From Bacteroidia bacterium (lineage in GTDB: Bacteria > Bacteroidota > Bacteroidia > AKYH767-A > OLB10), in assembly GCA_038215705.1 (NCBI GenBank), contig JBBQQQ010000001.1, positions 98,630 through 162,629 of the forward strand: a DNA stretch of 64,000 nucleotides. The letters are read 5' to 3'. Positions 21,172-31,327 of this stretch are shown one piece after another. Position 1 is the stretch's first letter. Each line of letters opens with the position of its first letter. Both the position numbers and the translations under genes were made by a program. The notes below the pieces were generated by a model that saw only the letters and a program-made list of their open reading frames with translations, was not told the origin of the DNA and searched no databases.

Positions 21172-21567
21172 ATGGGTAAAACAAAACGTATTGCAAAAGC
21201 GCCTGAAAGCGCTGCTGCCACTGATTTTTCACCTTTGGTGGATGCAGTAATAACAGGCATTAAGGAAAAAAAAGGCCATGAAATTATTGTCATGGATTTA
21301 AAACCAACAGGAACCGCATTAGCTGATTATTTTATTATCTGCCACGGAGATTCCCATACCCAGGTTGATGCACTGGCAAGGTCGGTGGAGGAGGAAGTTC
21401 AGGAGCTGATTGGTGAAAAGCCGGTGTTTAAGGAAGGGCATCAGAATGCTGAATGGATCCTGCTCGATTACATTCATGTTGTAGTGCATGTTTTCCTCAA
21501 AGAACAGCGTGACTTTTATGGAATTGAACGCTTTTGGGCCGATGCTGAAACGCATGCCATTATATGA
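21172..21567 (+). CDS. rsfS: Ribosome silencing factor RsfS (Iojap)
   Basis: 131 aa. DYFIICHGDSHTQVDAL...DYIHVVVHVFLKEQRDFYGIERFW is the conserved RsfS core. Sits immediately upstream of ftsH. Confidence 0.85.
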   Translation: MGKTKRIAKAPESAAATDFSPLVDAVITGIKEKKGHEIIVMDLKPTGTALADYFIICHGDSHTQVDALARSVEEEVQELIGEKPVFKEGHQNAEWILLDYIHVVVHVFLKEQRDFYGIERFWADAETHAII

Positions 21568-21687
21568 ACTAAAACTGCCCCTGGTTGTTAAACATTCGAT
21601 GCATACCGGGTACACTGACAAAAAGGCCGATGGCATAAATATTGACACTTTACATTTCAACTTAGATAAGTAATTACAATTCACCAA

Positions 21688-23766
21688 ATGTCGGATAATC
21701 AATCAACAGACGCGAACAACGAGGGAAAAAAACGTTCAATGAATCCCTTGAACAAAATTCCCAAGCCCGGTGGTTCCCGTTTCAATTTTAATTTCACCTG
21801 GATCTATGCCATCCTGCTCATCCTTATTTTCGGGGTGCAGTTTATGGATTTTGGTAATAAGCCCAAGGAAATTACCTGGGTGAATTTTGAGATGAACATG
21901 CTCAAACCACGTGATATTGCAAAACTGGAAGTGGTAAACAAGGAATATGTAAATATTTACATTGCCAAGGAAAAGCTTGATCAGCCAAAATATAAAGCCG
22001 TTTCTAGCAAGGCTTTCAGCAATGCTCCGAATCTGGGTCCTCATTACTACTTTACCATTGGCGATGTAGGTTCTTTTGAGAAGAAAATAGAAGAAGCACA
22101 GAGTGAGTTCGCTGATAACGAAAAAGTTAGTATCAGTTACACCAAAGAAGGCAGTTACATTGATACCCTCATGTGGCTGTTGCCCGTGATTCTGATTATC
22201 GGTTTTTGGGTATTTATGATGCGAAGAATGGGAGGCGGTGGAGGAGGCAGCCAGATTTTCAATATTGGAAAATCCAAAGCAACACTGTTTGACAAGGACA
22301 TGCACGTGAAAGTGACTTTTAACGATGTGGCAGGACTTGAAGAAGCAAAGGTGGAAGTGATGGAAATTGTAGACTTTCTTAAAAACCCTAAAAAATATAC
22401 CTCTTTGGGAGGAAAAATACCTCGCGGAGCACTGCTTGTAGGACCTCCCGGAACCGGAAAAACCCTACTGGCGAAAGCCGTAGCCGGAGAAGCACAAGTA
22501 CCATTTTTCTCCTTATCGGGATCTGATTTCGTTGAAATGTTTGTAGGTGTTGGTGCCAGCCGTGTACGTGATTTATTCCGCCAGGCAAAAGAAAAAGCAC
22601 CTGCTATTATTTTCATTGATGAAATTGATGCAATAGGCCGCGCCAGGGGCAAAGCACCATCTTTCAGTGCTAATGATGAACGCGAATCCACACTGAACCA
22701 GTTGCTCACCGAAATGGATGGATTTGGCAGCAACAGCGGAGTTATCATTCTTGCTGCAACCAACCGTGCTGATGTTCTCGATCGTGCGTTATTACGCCCG
22801 GGTCGTTTCGACAGACAGATCTATGTTGAACTTCCTGATCTCAATGGCCGGAAAGAAATTTTCAAAGTGCATTTAAAGCCTGTCAAAACCGATTCATCGG
22901 TAGATATTGAGTTTCTTGCCCGGCAGACTCCGGGATTTTCAGGAGCTGATTTGGCCAACTTGTGTAATGAAGCTGCATTAATTGCGGCAAGACGGAATAA
23001 AACCATGGTCGATAAACAGGATTTCCTGGATGCAGTTGACCGGATTATTGGCGGACTTGAGAAGAAAAATAAAATCATTTCCGTGCATGAGAAAAAAGTA
23101 ATTGCTTATCATGAGGCCGGACATGCAACGGTTAGCTGGTTACTGGAACATGCCCATCCGCTTGTAAAAGTTTCTATTGTTCCCCGTGGGAATTCATTGG
23201 GTGCTGCATGGTATTTACCCGAAGAAAGACAAATTACTACCAAGGAGCAGATCATAGACGAAATTTGCGCAGCATTAGGGGGCCGTGCAGCGGAAGAAGT
23301 AGTATTCGGGCAAATCTCCACCGGTGCATTAAGTGACCTTGAAAAAATTACCAAACAAGCCTATGCAACCATTTCCATATTCGGATTAAATGAAAAAATA
23401 GGAAACATCAGTTACTATGATTCATCGGGCAACCAGGATTATAATTTCACAAAACCCTACAGCGAAAAAACAGCCCAGATTATAGATGAGGAAGTGAGTA
23501 AAATGGTTGAAGCCTGTTATATACGCACACGCGATATTCTATTAAAGCATCGTGATCAGCTCGATAAACTTGCTTCACACTTGCTGGAGAAGGAAGTTAT
23601 TTTTAAGGAAGATCTTGTGTTGATTTTCGGCAAACGTCCCTTTGAGGATGAAATTCTGCTGGAGGAAAAGAAGGTTATTCCACCGGTAATTTCAACCAAC
23701 GGCAATGGCCATCACGAAGAAAAGATTTTTGATCCCAAAACAGTTCCGGGGAATCCGGAAAGTTAA
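21688..23766 (+). CDS. ftsH: ATP-dependent zinc metalloprotease FtsH
   Basis: 692 aa with two TM helices. Walker A GPPGTGKT, Walker [13 protein letters not shown], and the Zn-binding HEAGHA motif. Confidence 0.95.
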   Translation: MSDNQSTDANNEGKKRSMNPLNKIPKPGGSRFNFNFTWIYAILLILIFGVQFMDFGNKPKEITWVNFEMNMLKPRDIAKLEVVNKEYVNIYIAKEKLDQPKYKAVSSKAFSNAPNLGPHYYFTIGDVGSFEKKIEEAQSEFADNEKVSISYTKEGSYIDTLMWLLPVILIIGFWVFMMRRMGGGGGGSQIFNIGKSKATLFDKDMHVKVTFNDVAGLEEAKVEVMEIVDFLKNPKKYTSLGGKIPRGALLVGPPGTGKTLLAKAVAGEAQVPFFSLSGSDFVEMFVGVGASRVRDLFRQAKEKAPAIIFIDEIDAIGRARGKAPSFSANDERESTLNQLLTEMDGFGSNSGVIILAATNRADVLDRALLRPGRFDRQIYVELPDLNGRKEIFKVHLKPVKTDSSVDIEFLARQTPGFSGADLANLCNEAALIAARRNKTMVDKQDFLDAVDRIIGGLEKKNKIISVHEKKVIAYHEAGHATVSWLLEHAHPLVKVSIVPRGNSLGAAWYLPEERQITTKEQIIDEICAALGGRAAEEVVFGQISTGALSDLEKITKQAYATISIFGLNEKIGNISYYDSSGNQDYNFTKPYSEKTAQIIDEEVSKMVEACYIRTRDILLKHRDQLDKLASHLLEKEVIFKEDLVLIFGKRPFEDEILLEEKKVIPPVISTNGNGHHEEKIFDPKTVPGNPES

Positions 23767-23770
23767 ACCT

Positions 23771-23802
23771 AACGGGAATGAACGAACTTCATTCCCGTTT
23801 TG
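23771..23802 (+). terminator. Hairpin/terminator after ftsH
   Basis: AACGGGAATGAAcgaacTTCATTCCCGTTtt, a 12-bp stem. It may be only partial, since the LUD gene follows in the same direction. Confidence 0.45.
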
Positions 23803-23865
23803 CATTAAACGCTTTTGGGCTCTGTGGATTCACTGATACCTTTCCAATCAATAAATTAATTAAAT

Positions 23866-24516
23866 TTGGCCATGCAGGAAAGTACCACCAGGGAGAAAGT
23901 GCTGAAAAAGATCCGCAATGCATTGATCTCAAAAACAGCTAATCCATACCCTAACCTGGATTTCGACAGCCCTGTATTCAGAATGAATGATGATGTACCC
24001 GAATTAATATTTGCGCAGGCATTCAGGGAGGCAGGTGGCCAGTTTGTTTTTTGCACCAGCATGCTCGAGTTTGCCGAGGCACTTCTTAACCTTGCCCAGA
24101 GCAAAAAATGGACAAAATTATTGTGCCTGGAAAAAGAATTATCTCATTTCCTCGAGCAGTGTGAATTTCCGCTCAATTACGATCCGTCAACGGTAACAAC
24201 CACTCACGCTTCGGTTACACTCTGCGAATGCCTTGTAGCCCGCACCGGAAGCATCCTGGTTTCATCAGCGCAGAGTTCAGGAAGAGGAATTCCACTTTTT
24301 ACACCCGCACATGTGGTTGTTGCTTTTCCTGATCAGATGGTTGATGATTTAAAGGATGCTTTTAATTTTATGAAAAGCAAATACAAAGAACACCAGCCCT
24401 CTTCATCCACTTTCATTACCGGACCCAGCCGTACAGCAGATATTGGTAACGAACTTGTAACCGGTGCACAAGGGCCTTCTGAAGTATACCTATTCCTGGT
24501 CGACCAGCCTAAATAA
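23866..24516 (+). CDS. LUD-domain (LutC/DUF162-like) protein
   Basis: 216 aa. Conserved Bacteroidota partner of ftsH/cdsA. ...ARTGSILVSS...FITGPSRTADI resembles LUD-domain signatures. Confidence 0.6.
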   Translation: MAMQESTTREKVLKKIRNALISKTANPYPNLDFDSPVFRMNDDVPELIFAQAFREAGGQFVFCTSMLEFAEALLNLAQSKKWTKLLCLEKELSHFLEQCEFPLNYDPSTVTTTHASVTLCECLVARTGSILVSSAQSSGRGIPLFTPAHVVVAFPDQMVDDLKDAFNFMKSKYKEHQPSSSTFITGPSRTADIGNELVTGAQGPSEVYLFLVDQPK

Positions 24517-24522
24517 CCTGAG

Positions 24523-24738
24523 ATGGTACAAAATGATCCCGATTGGATTCGAATTTATACCTCTTCACATCCACACAAAGTAAATATTGTTAAGGCTGTT
24601 TTGGAAGATAACCAGATCAAAGCGTTTGAAGTGAATAAAAAAGATTCCGCTTATATTTTTATTGGAGATATTGATTTATTCGTTCACAAAAATGATGAGG
24701 TACTCAGCCGATTCCTGATTAAAACCCATGAGCTTTGA
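24523..24738 (+). CDS. DUF2007-like small protein (putative signal-transducing, PII-like fold)
   Basis: 71 aa. Tightly packed between the LUD gene and cdsA; its stop overlaps the cdsA start (ATGA). The family assignment is from memory and is weak. Confidence 0.45.
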   Translation: MVQNDPDWIRIYTSSHPHKVNIVKAVLEDNQIKAFEVNKKDSAYIFIGDIDLFVHKNDEVLSRFLIKTHEL

Positions 24739-25568
24739 ATAATTTTACGCAACGCGCCATTACGGGTTTAAGCTTTGCTTTCATAATGACAGCAGCTATT
24801 TTATGGAGTCCGTGGAGTTTTGTGGCTGTATTTTTTATAATTTCCTCCCTCGGGCTGCTGGAGTTTTACAAGCTAATGAAATCAGATCAAACAGAGCCAC
24901 AGGTCGTGAGTGGTTTGCTGATAGCACAATCGCTGCTGCTGCTGCTGACGTATTTATTATGGAACCGTTTGGGTCTTGACTGGATGCTGATTGCAATACC
25001 CATGATGGCATTAGTTTTTATTGCAGAACTTTTCAGAAAAAAAAATCATCCATTTCAAAATATTGCAATTACGCTGCTTGGAATTATATACCTGTCGTTA
25101 CCCATTGCATTAATGATTAAAATAGCATTTGGATTTACACCGGGTGATGATGACCCGTATCACGGGGAAGTTATTATGGGTTGTATATTCCTTGTGTGGG
25201 CCAGTGATACCGGTGCCTACATGATAGGATCCCGGATCGGAAAGCACAGGTTGTTTGAACGCATCTCACCAAAAAAATCATGGGAAGGATTTTTTGGCGG
25301 TATGGCAACAGCACTTCTTGCCGCTTGGCTCCTCTCACAACTTTTTACCGATCTCGATGTAATGGAGTGGATGGTGCTTTCAATTATTATTGTTATCACC
25401 GGGACACTGGGTGATCTTGTGGAATCAATGTTGAAAAGAAGCATAGGTGTAAAAGATTCCGGAACTATTCTGCCCGGTCACGGTGGCATACTTGATCGTT
25501 TTGATGCACTGCTGATTTCAATGCCGTTTGTATTTTTTTATCTTTTCCTTGCGGGAAAATTTATGTAG
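24735..25568 (+). CDS. cdsA: Phosphatidate cytidylyltransferase (CDP-diglyceride synthase)
   Basis: 277 aa, polytopic. C-terminal signature SMLKRSIGVKDSGTILPGHGGILDRFDALL. Confidence 0.85.
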   Translation: MNNFTQRAITGLSFAFIMTAAILWSPWSFVAVFFIISSLGLLEFYKLMKSDQTEPQVVSGLLIAQSLLLLLTYLLWNRLGLDWMLIAIPMMALVFIAELFRKKNHPFQNIAITLLGIIYLSLPIALMIKIAFGFTPGDDDPYHGEVIMGCIFLVWASDTGAYMIGSRIGKHRLFERISPKKSWEGFFGGMATALLAAWLLSQLFTDLDVMEWMVLSIIIVITGTLGDLVESMLKRSIGVKDSGTILPGHGGILDRFDALLISMPFVFFYLFLAGKFM

Positions 25569-25597
25569 GGATGTGCCCTAAACATTCCTGATATATT

Positions 25598-26653
25598 TTA
25601 AAAGGGAAGAGGCTCGTTGTTTTCTGATTTTTTAACTATATCTTCAATAAAATATCTCAAATTGCTATTATATTTTTTTTGAAATACATCATTGAAAATA
25701 TTTTGATCTTTACGGTAGCGTAGGAACGACATGAATTCAGTGTTATTTGGCAGTCGTGATTTTTTGAAATCAAAAACATAGCGATCTGGGTAGGAGAGCG
25801 GCAGTTTCCGGATGCCGGTCATAAAAGAAGCAATCATCCTGTATTTTAATGTTGCTTTTTCCCGTACTGTCATATCCGTTGTAAATGTTTTATATAAGCT
25901 ATCGAGGCGTTTTGAATTCAGCATCATGTATTCACTGTAAAGAATATCATCTGTTAAAAATCCTCGATACTTTTTTAATTCTTCACTGTGTTCTCCAAAT
26001 TGAGATAGTAAAAATTGTTCTGCACCTTTTTCTCCAATGAAGGTAGCCAGGTTTTCATTAAAATCAACACTGCTTTTCAAATAAATTGTTGCATGGGTTA
26101 ATTCATGAATGATGAGTTCGGCAAGTCGGCCTGGGCTTCGTTTTAACATATTCGAAAAAATGGGATCCGTGAAAAAACCAAGCGTCGACCACGCAGAAGG
26201 AGAATAAATATCGGTTTCGTAGCCCTCACTTTTTACCAGTTGCTCTTCTTTAATGGCTTTTTCTTCCACAAAAAAACCCTTGTACGACACATTGCCAAGC
26301 AAAGGGAACCACCATTCCTTTGCTTTAAGTTCATAGGGCAAAGCTCCAGTGACCACCCACATAATAGGTTGGTCATGCTGGTTATAATAGGTTGTATAAT
26401 TTTTTGAATTTTTAAGCCCCAGGGAATCCATTGCGAATTTCCTGATTTTTTCAGTCAGCAAAAGTTTTTCACGTGTTGCCGGATCTAAAGCCGGATCATT
26501 AAGAACTTCATTTACAGGCTGGGTATTGTAAATTAACGTCAACTGCCCTTTTAACTGATTTATTCCATAAAGAACAAGTTTATATTGCCACACACACAGG
26601 AGGAAAAGCAGCAGAAAGAAATATTTGAAAAATAGTGCAGCAAATTTTTTCAT
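25598..26653 (-). CDS. Predicted zinc aminopeptidase (DUF2265-type; HExxH)
   Basis: 351 aa. Signal/anchor, then the HELTHATIYLKS HExxH motif. Resembles the 'predicted aminopeptidase' family. Confidence 0.5.
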   Translation of the reverse strand: MKKFAALFFKYFFLLLFLLCVWQYKLVLYGINQLKGQLTLIYNTQPVNEVLNDPALDPATREKLLLTEKIRKFAMDSLGLKNSKNYTTYYNQHDQPIMWVVTGALPYELKAKEWWFPLLGNVSYKGFFVEEKAIKEEQLVKSEGYETDIYSPSAWSTLGFFTDPIFSNMLKRSPGRLAELIIHELTHATIYLKSSVDFNENLATFIGEKGAEQFLLSQFGEHSEELKKYRGFLTDDILYSEYMMLNSKRLDSLYKTFTTDMTVREKATLKYRMIASFMTGIRKLPLSYPDRYVFDFKKSRLPNNTEFMSFLRYRKDQNIFNDVFQKKYNSNLRYFIEDIVKKSENNEPLPF

Positions 26654-26707
26654 GGTGTCACACCGGATTAATGAAATGCGGTGGAAGGGTAACGGAATAA
26701 TTACTTA

Positions 26708-28495
26708 TCAGAAACAGTATTTATTTGCATCAATTAATTCCTTTGCAATACGTCTCCGTGCTTCTTTGGTATTGAAAGATGCAGTTTTGGTAAAACGTTT
26801 CAACCCCATCAGCAACATGCGGTTTTCATCACCCTCCGACATGGAATTAATCGCATTTTTACCTGCTAAATTTAAACGGTCGACACTGTCATTGATATAA
26901 GTTTTCATGATATCATCGTACACTGCAACATTATCATTTCCCTTGAGGGAAGCTAATTTTTCAACACGCAGTAAAACAGATTCAGTCGTATAGATCTCAA
27001 TAATCATATCAGAAATATTCATAATGATTTCCTGCTCTTTGGCCAGTTGCATCATATACTTCTGCACTGCTGAACCTGCTACCATAAGAGCAGCCTTTTT
27101 CATATTGGCAAGTGTTTTCTTTTCAGCACTGAATGGTGCATCATCACCATTTCCAAACTCCGGTATTGCCATCAATTCCTTTTGCACATTTGAAGCAGGA
27201 GTCATTAAATCGAGTTCACCTTTCATGGCTCTTTTTAAAAGCATATCCACAATTAACAATCTGTTAATTTCATTGGTGCCTTCGAAGATACGGTTGATCC
27301 TCGCATCGCGGTAAGCACGATCCATCGGGTAATCGGATGAGTAGCCATAACCGCCAAAAATCTGTACACCTTCGTCAACAACATAGTCGAGAACTTCCGA
27401 ACCAAAAACTTTCAGTATTGCGCATTCAACTGCATATTCTTCTGCAGCGCCCAGTAGTGCTTTCGCAAATTCCTTTCCTTCACTCAGAAGTTGTTTTTCT
27501 TTGTCGTCAATTTGGTGACTGGCACGGTATAGCGATGATTCCATCACGAAAGTGCGAATAGCCTGTTCGGCCAGTTTGTAACGAATAGCTCCGAATTTAG
27601 CAATCGGTAATTTAAATTGTTCTCTGGTATTGGCATAACTAACGGACGTGGATATGGCCCGTTTACATCCGCCCAAAGCGGCACCGGCAAGTTTAGCCCG
27701 GCCAATATTCAGAATGTTAAATGCAATGAGATGACCTTTCCCGATTTCACCGAGTAAATTTTCAACAGGTACCATACATTCCATAAAAAACACCTGGCGG
27801 GTGGAGGATCCTTTTATTCCCATTTTATGTTCTTCTTCACCTAATGATAAACCGGGGGTTTCTTTCTCAACAATGAAACCTGTAAACTTATCTCCGTCAA
27901 CCTGTGCGAATACGATAAATAAATCAGCAAAGCCTGCATTAGTAATCCACATTTTTTGGCCGTTAAGAACGTAGTGCTTACCATCGGCTGACAGCACAGC
28001 TTTGGTTTTGGCCGCGAGTGCATCCGATCCAGAACCGGGTTCAGTCAGACAATAGGATGCTTTCATTTCACCGGAAGCAAGACTGGGAAGATATTTATCT
28101 TTTTGAGATTTGGTTCCGAAATAAAGTATTGGCAGCGTTCCGATTCCGGTATGAGCAGCCATGGCGACTGCGAATGAATGCCCTGCTCCCAATTTTTCGG
28201 TCATCAGCATTCCGGTAATAAAATCTTTACCGAATCCACCGTATTCCTCAGGAACCGAAATGCCGAGCAGTCCGAGTTCTCCCGCTTTATCCATGATCGA
28301 CTGCATCAAGCCCTGGTCCTGGGCATCTATCCGGTCGAGAATCGGGAACACTTCAGCATCGAGAAAATCAGTAGCCATACCCGCCATCATCAGGTGTTCT
28401 TCTGAAAATTGCTCAGGAATGAAGGTGTCGTCAGCCTGGCTTTCGCTGATTAAAAATTCACCACCCTTGTGTGAGTTTACTGTTGTTTGTGACAT
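26708..28495 (-). CDS. Acyl-CoA dehydrogenase, long form (FadE-like)
   Basis: About 595 aa. ACAD N-terminal, middle and C-terminal domain signatures are present, with a C-terminal extension. The likely start is MSQTTV... Confidence 0.85.
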   Translation of the reverse strand: MSQTTVNSHKGGEFLISESQADDTFIPEQFSEEHLMMAGMATDFLDAEVFPILDRIDAQDQGLMQSIMDKAGELGLLGISVPEEYGGFGKDFITGMLMTEKLGAGHSFAVAMAAHTGIGTLPILYFGTKSQKDKYLPSLASGEMKASYCLTEPGSGSDALAAKTKAVLSADGKHYVLNGQKMWITNAGFADLFIVFAQVDGDKFTGFIVEKETPGLSLGEEEHKMGIKGSSTRQVFFMECMVPVENLLGEIGKGHLIAFNILNIGRAKLAGAALGGCKRAISTSVSYANTREQFKLPIAKFGAIRYKLAEQAIRTFVMESSLYRASHQIDDKEKQLLSEGKEFAKALLGAAEEYAVECAILKVFGSEVLDYVVDEGVQIFGGYGYSSDYPMDRAYRDARINRIFEGTNEINRLLIVDMLLKRAMKGELDLMTPASNVQKELMAIPEFGNGDDAPFSAEKKTLANMKKAALMVAGSAVQKYMMQLAKEQEIIMNISDMIIEIYTTESVLLRVEKLASLKGNDNVAVYDDIMKTYINDSVDRLNLAGKNAINSMSEGDENRMLLMGLKRFTKTASFNTKEARRRIAKELIDANKYCF

Positions 28496-28550
28496 AGCAG
28501 ATATTTTATTTATCAAATTTACGAAGAAAGGAACCTAAAAGATTCCTGTT

Positions 28551-28596
28551 TTGTGAATTAATCAGCCTGACATTGTTCACAAATAACGTTGTCAGG
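28551..28596. promoter_or_regulatory. Nested inverted repeats upstream of the acyl-CoA dehydrogenase gene; candidate operator
   Basis: TTGTGAA-N18-TTCACAA (28551-28582), interleaved with CCTGACA-N17-TGTCAGG (28566-28596). They lie 35-80 nt upstream of the CDS start. Confidence 0.35.
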
Positions 28597-28659
28597 AAAT
28601 GCAGACTTCAAAAAGTGTTATCGTACGTATCTCTGCCCTTAACGAATGCAAAAGAAAAA

Positions 28660-28691
28660 AATTAAAAAAACCGGAAATAAAAATATTTCCG
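28660..28691 (-). terminator. Rho-independent terminator downstream of the OM beta-barrel gene
   Basis: On the minus strand: CCGGAAATAtttttATTTCCGG followed by a T-run. Confidence 0.5.
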
Positions 28692-28717
28692 GCTATAATA
28701 AAGTGATTGAATTAGAT

Positions 28718-29317
28718 TTACCCCCTCCGTCCGCCAATTGTGTATGATAAGGAGAACTTAATAATATTTACTTTGGTATTAAATTTCTCTTTAGGTCCAA
28801 ACGGATTTAAAGAAAGCCTTTCATCACCGATATCTGCCATTCCGGCTGAATAACTCGCCATAAGCCCCAATCCGCTGGAAAACTGGTATCCTAAACCTGC
28901 AGCCAACCCGTAATCAAGTCCTTTGTAGTTGTCTTTGGCATCTTCATCATCTACTTTAGCTGATACTAAAATTCCTGCATAAGGACCTACGTTAAAATTT
29001 AATCCGCTGCTTAACTGGTAACGCAACCAGATTGGAATCTCGATATAACTCAGGTTGAGGTCAACTTTATCAAGTGAGGCACCTTTTGTAGAGTAAAGAA
29101 GTTGTGGTTCCACCATAAAATAGTCAGTAACGCCAAAATTTACAAGGAATCCGAGATGGTATCCAAATAGTAATCCGTCGGAATTGGTATCCCCGGTCAT
29201 ATCGGAAAAATTTACTCCGGCCATAGGACCAAATTTTATTTGTGCTGCTGTTTGTTGAAGACTTCCGGCAATAAGCAAAAAGCTTAATGCTGTTACTATT
29301 GCATATTTTGATTTCAT
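28718..29317 (-). CDS. Small outer-membrane beta-barrel protein (OmpW/OmpA-like 8-strand barrel family)
   Basis: 199 aa with a signal peptide. Alternating hydrophobic beta-strand pattern and a C-terminal aromatic residue region. Sits inside the beta-oxidation operon. Confidence 0.55.
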   Translation of the reverse strand: MKSKYAIVTALSFLLIAGSLQQTAAQIKFGPMAGVNFSDMTGDTNSDGLLFGYHLGFLVNFGVTDYFMVEPQLLYSTKGASLDKVDLNLSYIEIPIWLRYQLSSGLNFNVGPYAGILVSAKVDDEDAKDNYKGLDYGLAAGLGYQFSSGLGLMASYSAGMADIGDERLSLNPFGPKEKFNTKVNIIKFSLSYTIGGRRG

Positions 29318-29411
29318 GGTATGAAAATTTAGGGTGTGAACGTAGTGTGGATTTCAGCTAAGGTAGTCAATAAAAAACTAAAATGTTTGCGGGATAAAAC
29401 TGAAGTTTTTT

Positions 29412-30590
29412 TCAGTTCAACATTTCAAAAATTCCTGCTGCTCCCTGGCCGGTTCCTACGCACATGGTAACCATTCCATATTTTTTATTTCTTCTTTGCA
29501 ATTCATTGAAAAGTTGTACTGATAATTTGGCTCCGGTACATCCCAGAGGATGGCCTAAAGCAATAGCTCCACCATTAACATTGACAATCTCAGGATTCAG
29601 TTCCAGTTCGCGGATAACTGCCAATGATTGTGATGCAAATGCTTCATTTAATTCAATGAGATCCATCTGATCTTTATTCATGCCAGCTCTTTTCAGCGCC
29701 ATTGGAATTGCTTCAATAGGACCAATGCCCATAATACGCGGCTCAACAGCGGCCACGGCATACGTTACAAATCGTGCTATTGGCTCAACATTAAGTTGTT
29801 TCAGCATTTTTTCAGAAACCACCATAACAAATGCAGCGCCGTCGCTGGTTTGTGAAGAATTACCCGCAGTAACGGATCCTTTGGCATCAAAAACCGGCTT
29901 CAGTGTTGCCAGCTTTTCCAGGCTCGTATCGGCACGCGGACCTTCATCAGTATCGATTACCGTTTTACGGATTTTCTTTTTTTCCGATTCGTCCAGGTAA
30001 GTTTCTTCGATAGTTACAGGAACAATACCGGTTTTAAAATAACCCTTTTCAATGGCCTGAATGGCTTTTTGATGGGAATTGTAAGAAAAATGGTCCTGAT
30101 CTTCACGTGAAACTTTAAATTCATTGGCAACTGCCTCGGCAGTAAGTCCCATACCCCAGTACCAGTCGGGATGGGATCTTGCCACTTCATAATTCGGTAC
30201 AATCCGCCACCCGCCAAAAGGAATGGGGGACATGGTTTCCACACCACCGGCGATGATACAATCAGCGAGGCCGGCTTTTATTTTTGCCGAGGCTATTGCA
30301 ATGGTTTCCAGTCCGGAAGAACAATAACGGTTAACGGTCATGCCCGGAACCTTAATTGTATCAAGGCCCATGAGCGAAATCATCCTGCCGATATTCAGGC
30401 CTTGTTCCGCCTCAGGAGTGGCATTCCCTACAATTACATCATCAATCTGATTCTTATCAAGACCGGGCAAGGAAGCAACAAGGTGCTGAACCACAGTGGC
30501 GGCAAGATCATCTGCTCTCAAAAAGCGGAATTTTCCCCGGGGTGCTTTTCCAACCGCGGAACGGAATCCGGCAATAATATAGGCGTCCAT
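29412..30590 (-). CDS. fadA: Acetyl-CoA C-acyltransferase (3-ketoacyl-CoA thiolase)
   Basis: 392 aa. Thiolase signatures are present: the active-site Cys region RYCSSGLETI and the C-terminal NVNGGAIALGHPLGCTGAKL...CVGTGQG. Confidence 0.9.
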   Translation of the reverse strand: MDAYIIAGFRSAVGKAPRGKFRFLRADDLAATVVQHLVASLPGLDKNQIDDVIVGNATPEAEQGLNIGRMISLMGLDTIKVPGMTVNRYCSSGLETIAIASAKIKAGLADCIIAGGVETMSPIPFGGWRIVPNYEVARSHPDWYWGMGLTAEAVANEFKVSREDQDHFSYNSHQKAIQAIEKGYFKTGIVPVTIEETYLDESEKKKIRKTVIDTDEGPRADTSLEKLATLKPVFDAKGSVTAGNSSQTSDGAAFVMVVSEKMLKQLNVEPIARFVTYAVAAVEPRIMGIGPIEAIPMALKRAGMNKDQMDLIELNEAFASQSLAVIRELELNPEIVNVNGGAIALGHPLGCTGAKLSVQLFNELQRRNKKYGMVTMCVGTGQGAAGIFEMLN

Positions 30591-30597
30591 ACAATGA

Positions 30598-31278
30598 CTA
30601 TTTCGGTGTAGCGGGCGGAGGTGTAACCGGAGCAGGAGTCGCAGAGGGCTGGGTCACAGTTCCCGGAGTGGTTGCAGCGCCGGGAGTATCCGGAGCAGGA
30701 GCTCCCGCTTTTCCAGCCTGTTCTTTTTTCTTGGCTGCGGCTTTCTTGTCTTCTTCCGCTTTTGAAGCAGCAGCTGCAGCCACATCAACGCCATCTTTAT
30801 AAGTTACCGCACTTACCAATGTACCTTTTCGATTGTAGACTTTCCACTCACCGTCCCTGTTACCTAATTTGTAAGGTGTTTCAGACTGAACTTCGCCTGA
30901 TTCAAAATATTTTGTCCAGCGTCCATGTTTTTTACCTTCCATGTATTCGCCTTCCTGTTTCACACTACCTGAATAAAAATACCGGATAAATGTACCTTCC
31001 TTAACTCCATTCTGATATTCGGTTTCCTCCATGATTTTCCCGTAAGGATAAAACCGCTTTGACATACCATGCCTGACATCATTCACATATTCGATTTCAT
31101 GAATGATCTCACTTCCGGAATTAAAATATTTCCACACACCCTGTTTCTGACCGATTTCATCGGTTTTATTGCGATGTTTGTCTCTTCCCGGAGCATATTT
31201 TGGTTTTTCTTCGGACTGTGCTGTTATGGTTAACGGCAACAGTATCAATACTAAACATAGGTTTACAATATACTTCAT
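30598..31278 (-). CDS. Secreted MORN-repeat (YwqK-like) protein with a Pro/Ala/Thr-rich disordered C-terminal tail
   Basis: 226 aa with a signal peptide. Repeated YxNGxxxGxxxxYYxxG MORN-variant units. Tail ...KAGAPAPDTPGAATTPGTVTQPSATPAPVTPPPATPK. Confidence 0.6.
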   Translation of the reverse strand: MKYIVNLCLVLILLPLTITAQSEEKPKYAPGRDKHRNKTDEIGQKQGVWKYFNSGSEIIHEIEYVNDVRHGMSKRFYPYGKIMEETEYQNGVKEGTFIRYFYSGSVKQEGEYMEGKKHGRWTKYFESGEVQSETPYKLGNRDGEWKVYNRKGTLVSAVTYKDGVDVAAAAASKAEEDKKAAAKKKEQAGKAGAPAPDTPGAATTPGTVTQPSATPAPVTPPPATPK

Positions 31279-31327
31279 CTATCTGGATATTGGTTCAATA
31301 ACAAGGCCTAAAGTTAATAATCTAAAT

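Noticed and set aside
30598-31278. The MORN-repeat protein could be labelled 'toxin-antitoxin system YwqK family antitoxin', implying a TA module
   Set aside because: There is no adjacent toxin gene. It has a signal peptide and is embedded in a beta-oxidation operon. The YwqK label is a generic MORN-repeat annotation, not evidence of a TA system.
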